Shown: positions 56,113-64,000 of the stretch, piece after piece
Position numbering within the stretch: position 1 is the first letter of the stretch
Layout of the letters: each line of letters opens with the position of its first letter
DNA from: the human T2T-CHM13v2.0 reference genome, Homo sapiens
Assembly (NCBI RefSeq): GCF_009914755.1
Contig: NC_060931.1
DNA: 64,000 nucleotides
Direction: 5' to 3' (one strand)
Program-made: the position numbers and the translations under genes
The notes under the pieces: model-generated
What the model saw: only the letters and a program-made list of their open reading frames with translations
Databases searched by the model: none
What the model was told of the DNA's origin: nothing

Positions 56113-59100
56113 AAAACTGACTTAAAGGCTGGCGTGAACCAGAGAAAAGGAAGAGCATTGTGGTGCGGCAGCCCACCTGAGAGCCACACGGGGAAGGGAA
56201 ACTCCCTCCCGGCAGCCAAAGGAGTCGGTGAGCAAGTGCACTACCCATCCAGGGAAAAAGCTTTTCCCATGGAACTGTGCAACCCATGGATCAGATAATC
56301 CACGCCACCAGGGCCTAGCATCCCGCCAGAATGCACAAGTTCTTACAGCCTCTCAGCTGAAATCTGCTTAAGCCTACCGAACTTCTAGGGAAGGGGCAAC
56401 CAGTACCAATTGTGGCTGCCTGTTAAGCCATTTGAGCTCTTTGGGGGAGGGGCAGCAGCCAGCACTGGGACTCACAACTGCCTAACAGGCTAAGCTCCCT
56501 GGGCGGAGGAAGGGCAGCACCCATTTCTATAGCTCTAGGCTGTGCTTTTCCCCTGCTGGAGCCAGGGAGACTGGATGGCTTGGTCCCAAGACTTGTCCCC
56601 ACAGCCCAACACACCAGCTATGGCAGTCTGTGGCCAGAGTGCCTCTTCAGGTCTAACCCTTGTCCATCACCCATCAGTGGGTGGGGCTTCCCTGCAGGAT
56701 CTCTACAGGGAAGAGGCTAACGACAGCCAGAGGCTCAGGGACAGAATTCAGATCTCCCTGGTCCTGAGCCCCTAGGGGGAAGGGTGGCTGCAGTCTCTGT
56801 GGACCAGCAGACTTGGCCTCTCCTCCTGGTAGTTATGGGGAATCCAGGTAGCCCAGATGAGTGGGTTTCCCCCCAGCAAAACACACCCTCTCCACCTACG
56901 GACAAAGTGCTTCATTAAACAGGTCCTGTTCGTCATGCCACCCAACTGGGTAAGACCCTCCAACATGGGTAGTCACACACCCTATACAGGAGCAATCCTA
57001 TGGCATCAGGTTGGTGGCCCTTGAGGTCAGATGTCACAGAAGAAGGAGCAGGCATCCATCTTTGCTGCTCTCCAGCCTCCTTGAGTGACATCTCCAGGCA
57101 TGGGAGCGAATCAGATGAATAGGGCCTGAAGTGAAACAGCAAACTGTAACAGTCCTACAGAAGAGGGACCTGACTACTGAAAAAAACCAAACATGCACAA
57201 AGTGACAACAACAGCATCAACAGTAAGAAAAAAAAAGGCCCCCACAAAAACCCCATCCAGTGTCAGCAGCCTCAAAGACTAAAACTAGACAAACTCACTA
57301 AGATGAGAAAGAATCAATGAAAAAATGCTGAAAACCCAAAGGCCAGAGTCCCTTTTCTTCTCCAAATGATCGCAACATCTCTCCATCAAGGGCGCAGAAC
57401 TGGTCAGAGGATCAGTTGGATGAATTGACAGAAGTAGGCTTCACAAGATGGGTAATAAAAAACTATAATGAGCTAAAGGAACATGTCATAACCCAATGCA
57501 AAGAAAATAAGAATCTTGATAAAAGATTAGAGGAATAGCTCCCTAGAATAACCAGTTTAGAGAGGAACATAAACAACCTGGTGGAGCTGAAATACACAGC
57601 ACGAGAACTTTGTGAAGCATACACAAGTATCAACAGCCGAATCGACCAAGTCTAAGAAAGGATATCAGAGTTTGAGGACCACCTTACTGAAATAAGACAT
57701 GCAGACATGAATAGAGAAAAAAGAATGAAAAAGGATAAACCAACCCTCCAAGAAATATAGGACTTCATAAAAAGACCAAACCTACGATTGATTGGAGTAC
57801 CAGAAGGAGACAGGGAGAATGGAAACAAGCTGCAAAACATGTTTCAGGATATTATCCAGGAGAACTTCCCCAGCCTAGCAAGGCAGGCCACATGCAAATT
57901 CGGGAAATACAGAGAACACCATTCAGATACTCCACAAGAAGATGAACCCCAAGATATATAATCATCAGATTCTCCAAGGTCAAAATGAAGGAAAAACTGT
58001 TAAGGGCAGTCAGAGATAAAGGCCAGGTCACCTACAAAGGGAAGCCCATCAGACTAACAGCAGAACTCTCAGCAGAAACTCTATAAGCCAGAAGAGACTG
58101 GGGGCCAATATTCAACATTCTTAAAGAAAATAATTTTCAACCCACAATCCGTATCCAGCCAAATTCAGCTTCATAAGCGAAGGAGAAATAAAATCCTTTA
58201 CAGACAAGCAAATGCCAAGGGATTTCATTACCACCAGGCCTGCCCTGAAAGAGCTCTTGAAAGAAGCACTAAATGTGGAAAGGAAAAACCAGTACCAGCC
58301 ACTGCAAAAACACACCAAAATATGAAGACCAATGACACTATGAAGAAACTGCATCAACTAGTGTGCAAAATAACCAAATAGCATCATGATAACAGGATCA
58401 AATTCACACGTAACAATACTAACCTTAAATGTAAATGGGCTAAATGCCCTAACTAAAAGACACAGACTGACAAATTGGATAAGGAATCAAGACCCATTGG
58501 TGTACTGTATTCAGGAGACCCATCTTACGTGCAAAGACACACACAGGCTAAAAATAAACGGATAGAGAAAAATGTACCAAACCAATGGAAAGCAAAAAAA
58601 AAAGCAAGGGTTGCAATACTAGTCGCTGACAAAACAAACTTTAAACAAACAAAGATCAAAAAACAGAAAGAAGGGCATTACATGATGATAAAGGGAACAA
58701 TTTGACAAGAAGAGCTAACTATTGTGAATATATATGCACCCAATACAGGAGCACCCAGATTCATAAAACAAGTTTCTTAGAGACCTACAAAGAGACTTAG
58801 ACTCCCACATAATAATAGTGATAGACCTTAACACCCCACTGTCAGTATTAGACAGATCAATGAGACAGAAAATTCAGACAGTATTAGACAGATCAATGAG
58901 ACAGAAAATATTCAGGACTTAAAGTCAGCTCTTCATCAAGTGGACCGAGTAGATGTCTACAGAACTCTCTATCCCAAACCAACAGAGAATATACATTCTT
59001 TTCATGGCCACCTGGCACTTATTTTAAAATTAAACACATAATTGGAAGTAAAGCAATGTTCAGCAAATGTAAAAGAGCTAAAATCATAGCAAACAGTCTG

Positions 59101-61863
59101 TCAGACCACTGTGTAATCAAATTAGAATTCAGGATTAAGAAACTCACTGAACACCACACGATTTCATGGAAATTCAACAACCTGCTCTTCAATGATTCCT
59201 GGCTAAATAATGAAATTAAGGCAGAAATCAAGAAGTTCTTTGAAACCAGTGAGAACAAAGAGACAACATACAAGAATCTCTGGGATGCAGCTAAAGCAGT
59301 GTTAAGAGAGAAATTTACAGCACTAAATGCCCATATCGGAAAGCTAGAAAGATCTCAAATAAACACCCTAACATCAGAATTAAAAGAGCTAGATAAGCAA
59401 GAGCAAAGTAATCCAAAAGCTAGCAGAAGACAAGAAATAGCTAAGGTCAGAGAAGAACTGAAGGAGATAGGGACATAAAAAACCCTCCAAAAAATCAACG
59501 AATCCAGGAGGTGGTTTTTTGAAAAAATTAACAAAATAGACCACTAGCTAGACTAATAAAGGAGAGAGAAAAGAATTAAATAGACACCATAAAAAATGAT
59601 AAAAGGACTGTCACCACTGACCCCACAGAAATACAAACTACCATCAGAGAATATTGTAATTACCTCTACGAAAATAAACTAGAATATCTAGAAGAAATGA
59701 ATAAATTCCTGGACACATACACCCTACCAAGACTAAACCAAGAAGTTGAATCCTTGAATAGACCAATAACAACTTCTGAAATTGAGGCTGTAATTAATAG
59801 CCTACCAACCAAAAAAGCCCAGGACCAGACAGATTCACAGGTAAATTGTACCAGAAATACAGAGAGGAGCTGGTACCATTCATTCTGAAACTACTCCAAA
59901 CAACTGAAAGGAGGGACCCTTCCCTAACTCATTTTATGAAGCCAGCACCATCCTGATACCAAAACCGGGAGGAGGTACAACAAAAAAAGAAAACTTCAGG
60001 CCAGGCACGGTAGCCAATCAGATGATATTCCTGATGAACACCGATGTGAAAATCCTCAATAAAATACTGGCAAACCGAATCCAGCAACACATCAAAAAAC
60101 TTATCCACCACAATCAAGTCAGCTTCCTCCCTGGGATGCAAGGCTGGTTCAACATACATAAATCAATAAATGTAATCCATCACATGAACAGAACCAATGA
60201 CAAAAACCACATGATTATCTCAATAGATGGAGAAAAGGCCTTTGATAAAATTGAACAACTTCATGTTAAAAACTCTCAATAAACCATGTATTAATGGAAC
60301 ATATCTCAAAATAATAAGAGCTATTTATGACAAACCCATAGCCAATAACATATTGAATGGGCAAAAGCTGGAAGCATTCCCATTGAAAACCAGCACAAGA
60401 CAAGGATGGCCTCTCTTACCACTCCTATTCAACATAGTATTGGAAGTTCTGGCCAGGGCAATCAGGCAAGAGAAAGAAATAAAGGATATTTAAATAGAAA
60501 GAGAGTAAGTCAAGTTGTCTCTGTTTGCAGAAGACATGATTTTATATTTAGAAAACCCCATCATCTCAGCCCAGAAACTTCTCAAACTGATAAGCAACTT
60601 CAGCAAAGTCTCAAGATACAAAATCAATGTGCAAAAATCACAAGCATTCCTTTATGCCAACAAAAGGCAAGCAGAGAGCCAAATCATGAATAAACTCCCA
60701 TTCACAATCACTACAAAGAGAATAAAATACCTAGGAATACAGCTAACAAGAGATGTGAATGACCTCTTCAAGGAAAACTACAAACTACTCCTCAAGGAAA
60801 TAAGAGAGGACACAAACAAATGGAAAAACATTCCATCCTCATGGATAGGAAGAATCAATATTGTGCAAATGGTCATACCACACAAAGCAATTTATAGATT
60901 CAATGCTATTCCCATCAGACTACCATTGACATTCTTCACATATTAGAAAAAACTATTTTAAATTTCATATGGAATCTAAGAAGATCCCGTATAGCCAAGA
61001 CAATCCTAAGCAAAAAGAACAAAGTTGGAGGCATCATGCTACCTGACTTCAAACTATACTACAAGGCTACAGTAACCAAAACAGCATGTTACTGGTACCA
61101 AAACGGATATATAGACCAATGGAACAGAACAGAGGCCTCAAAAATAACACCACACATCTACAACCATCTGATCTTTGATGAATCTGACAAAAACAAGCAA
61201 TGCGGCAAGGATCTCCTATTCAGTAAATCATGCTGGGAAAATTGGCTAGCCCTATGCAGAAAACTGAAACTGGACCCCTTCCTCATACCTTATACAAAAA
61301 TTAACTCAAGATGGATTAAAGACTTAAATGTAAAACACAAAACCATAAAAACCCTGGAAGAAAAGCTAGGCAACACCATTCAGGACATAGGCATGAGCAA
61401 AGACTTCATGACAAAAATGCCAAAAGCAATTGCAACAAAAGCCAAAACTGACAAAAGGAATCTAATTAAACAGAGTGAACAGGCAACCTACAGAATGGGA
61501 GAAAATTTTTGCAATCTACCCATCTGACAAAGGTCCGATATCAAGAATTTACAAGGAACTTAAACATATTTACAAGAAAAAAAAAGCAATCCCATCAAAA
61601 AGTAGACAAAGGATATGAACAGACACTTCTCAAAACAAAACATTTATGCAGCCAACAGACACATGAAAAAATGCTCATCATCACTAGCCATCACAGAAAT
61701 GCAAATCAAAACCACAATGAGATACCATCTCATGCCAGTCAGAATGGCAATTATTAAAAAGTCAGGAAACAATAGATGCTAGTGAGGCTGTGGAGAAATA
61801 GGAACACTTTTACACTGTTGGTGGGACTGTAAAGTAGTTCAGCCACTGTGGAAGACAGTATGG

Positions 61864-62325
61864 CTATTCCTCAAGGATGTAGAACCGATGGCCAAAGAGG
61901 AACAGCTCCAGTCTACAGCTCCCAGTGTGAGTGACACAGAAGACAGGTGATTTCTGCATTTCCAGCTGAGGTACTGGGTTCATCTCACTGGGGCTCCTCG
62001 GACAGTGGGGGCAGGACAGTGGATGCAGCCCACCGAGCATGAGCCAAAGCAGGGCGAGGCATCGCCTCACCTGGGAAGCACAAGGGGTCAGGGAATTCCC
62101 TTTCCTAGCCAAGGAAAGGGGTGACAGATTGCACCTGGAAAATCGGGTCACTCCCACCCTAATACTGCACTTTTCCAAAAGTCTTAGCAAACGACACACC
62201 AGGAGATTATATCCCGCGCCTGGCTCAGAGGGTCCCACGCCCACGGAGCCTCGCTCATTGCTAGCACAGCAGTCTAAGATCGAACTGGAAGGTGGCAGCG
62301 AGGCTGGGGGAGGGGTGCCCGCCAT
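61864..62325 (-). CDS. L1 antisense ORF0, open and C-terminally extended (153 aa)
   Basis: MAGTPPPASLPPSSSILDCCASNERGSVGVGPSEPG...IRVGVTRFSRC matches primate L1 ORF0; ATG in gcaATGG context. Expression unknown. Confidence 0.6.
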   Translation of the reverse strand: MAGTPPPASLPPSSSILDCCASNERGSVGVGPSEPGAGYNLLVCRLLRLLEKCSIRVGVTRFSRCNLSPLSLARKGNSLTPCASQVRRCLALLWLMLGGLHPLSCPHCPRSPSEMNPVPQLEMQKSPVFCVTHTGSCRLELFLFGHRFYILEE

Positions 62326-64000
62326 TGCTAAGGCTTGAGCAGGTAAACAAAATGGCCGGGAAGCTCAAACTGGGTGGAGCCCACCACAGCTCAAGGAGGC
62401 CTGCCTGCCTCTGTAGACTCCACCTCTCGGGGCAGGGCGTAGCTGAACAAAAGGCAGTCAAAATCTCTCCAGACTTAAATAACCCTGTCTGACAGCTTTG
62501 AAGAGAGTAGTGGTTCTCCCAGCACAGAGTTTGAGATCTAAGAACGGACAGACTGCCTCCTCAGGTGGGTCCCTGACCCCCGAGTAGGCTGAGAGGCACT
62601 CCCCAGTAGGGGCAGACTAAAACCTCACACGGCTGGGTACCCCTCTGAGATGAAGCTTCCAGAGGAACGATCAGGCAGCAACATTTGCTGTTCACCAATA
62701 TTCGCTGTTCTGTAGCCTCCACTGCTGATACCCAGGCAAACAGGTCTGGAGGGGAAACTCCAACAGACTGGCAGCTGAGGGTCCTGATTGCAAGAAGGAA
62801 AACTAACAAACAGAAAGGACATCCACACCAAAACCCCATCTGTATGTCACCATCATCAAAGACCAAAGGTAGATAAAACCACAAAGATGGGGAAAAAAAA
62901 CAGAAGAAAAGCTGAAAATTCTGAAGATCAGAGCACTGCTCCCCCTCCAAAGGAACGCAGCTCCTCACCAGCAATGGAACAAAGCTGGATGGAGAATGAC
63001 TTTGACAAGTTGAGAGAAGAAGGCTTCAGACAATCAAACTTCTCCGAGCTAAAGGAGGAAATTCAAACCCATGGCAAAGAAGCTAAAAACCTTTAAAAAA
63101 GATTAGACGAATGGCTAACTAGAATAACTAGTGTAGAGAAGTCCTTAAATGACCTGATGGAGCTGAAAACCATGACAAGAGAACTACCTGACAAATGCAC
63201 AAGCTTCAGTAGCTGATTCGATCAACTGGAAGAAAGTGTATCAGTGATTGAAGATCAAATGAATGAAATGAAACAAGAACAGAAGTTTAGAGAAAAAAGA
63301 GTAAAAAGAAATGAACAAAGCCTCCAAGAAATATGGTACTATGTGAAAAGACCAAATCTATGTCTGATTGGTGTACCTGAAAGTGACGGAGAGAATGGAA
63401 CCAAGTTGGAAAACACTCTGCAAGATATTATCCAGGAGAACTTCCCCAACCTAGCAAGGCAGGCCAACATTCTGATTGAGGAAATACAGAGAATGCCACA
63501 AAGATACTCCTTGAGAAGAGCAACTCCAAGACACATAATTGTCACATTCACCAAAGTTGAAATGAAGGAAAAAATGTTAAGGGTAGCCAGAGAGAAAGGC
63601 TGGGTCACCCACAAAGGGAAGCCCATCAGACTAACAGTGGATCTCTTGGCAGAAACTCTACAAGCCAGAAGAGAGTGAGGGCCAATATTCAACATTCTTA
63701 AAGAAAAGAATTTTCAACTCAGAATTTCATATCCAGCCAAACAAAGCTTCAGGAGTGAAGGAGAAATAAAATCCTTTACAGACAAGCAAATGCTGAGAGA
63801 TTTTGTCACCATCAGGCCTGCCCTAAAAGAGCTCCTGAAGAAGGCACTAAACATGGAAAGGAATAACTGGTACCTGCCACTGCAAAAACATGCCAAATTG
63901 TAAAGACCATAAATGCTAGGAAGAAACTGCATCAACTAATGAGCAAAATAACCAGCTAACATCATAATGACAGGATCAAATTCACACATAACAATACTAA
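61887..64000 (+). mobile_element. L1PA5-like element (5'UTR, broken ORF1, start of ORF2), runs off the window
   Basis: Begins 'gatggccaaagaggaacagctccagtctacagctccc' abruptly inside the host ORF2. ORF1 ATG ~62887 with stops at 63096 and 63678; ORF2 ATG ~63967. Confidence 0.92.

Overview
This is AT-rich primate (most likely ape/human) intergenic or deep-intronic DNA. I see no intact protein-coding gene, RNA gene or CRISPR-like system. About 0-22 kb and 44-54.5 kb are old sequence with L2, MIR, MLT1, L1M and Alu copies. Two retrocopies lie in the first 9 kb: a CDK2AP2 retrocopy (5056-6010, with poly(A) and TSD) that carries 141 nt of apparent intron 1, and a very decayed ferritin light chain (FTL) retrocopy (~7814-8370) visible only by stitching three reading frames and the 3'UTR. 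22-44 kb is a four-level L1 nest: L1MA(-) > 5'-inverted L1PB > older full-length L1PA > younger full-length L1PA4-like, plus two Alus, an MLT2 LTR and a MER2. A second nest runs from 54.5 kb to the end: an old L1PA hosting a twin-primed L1PA3-like copy and an L1PA5-like copy with an open, extended ORF0. A 533-bp piece of the local L1 5'UTR has been copied 11 kb upstream without TSD or poly(A), and it has a 232-bp perfectly identical core suggesting ectopic gene conversion. Subfamily names and parent-gene comparisons come from recalled consensus sequences, not from a database search. I did not find a convincing novel 'system'; the best candidates are these retrotransposition and recombination fossils.
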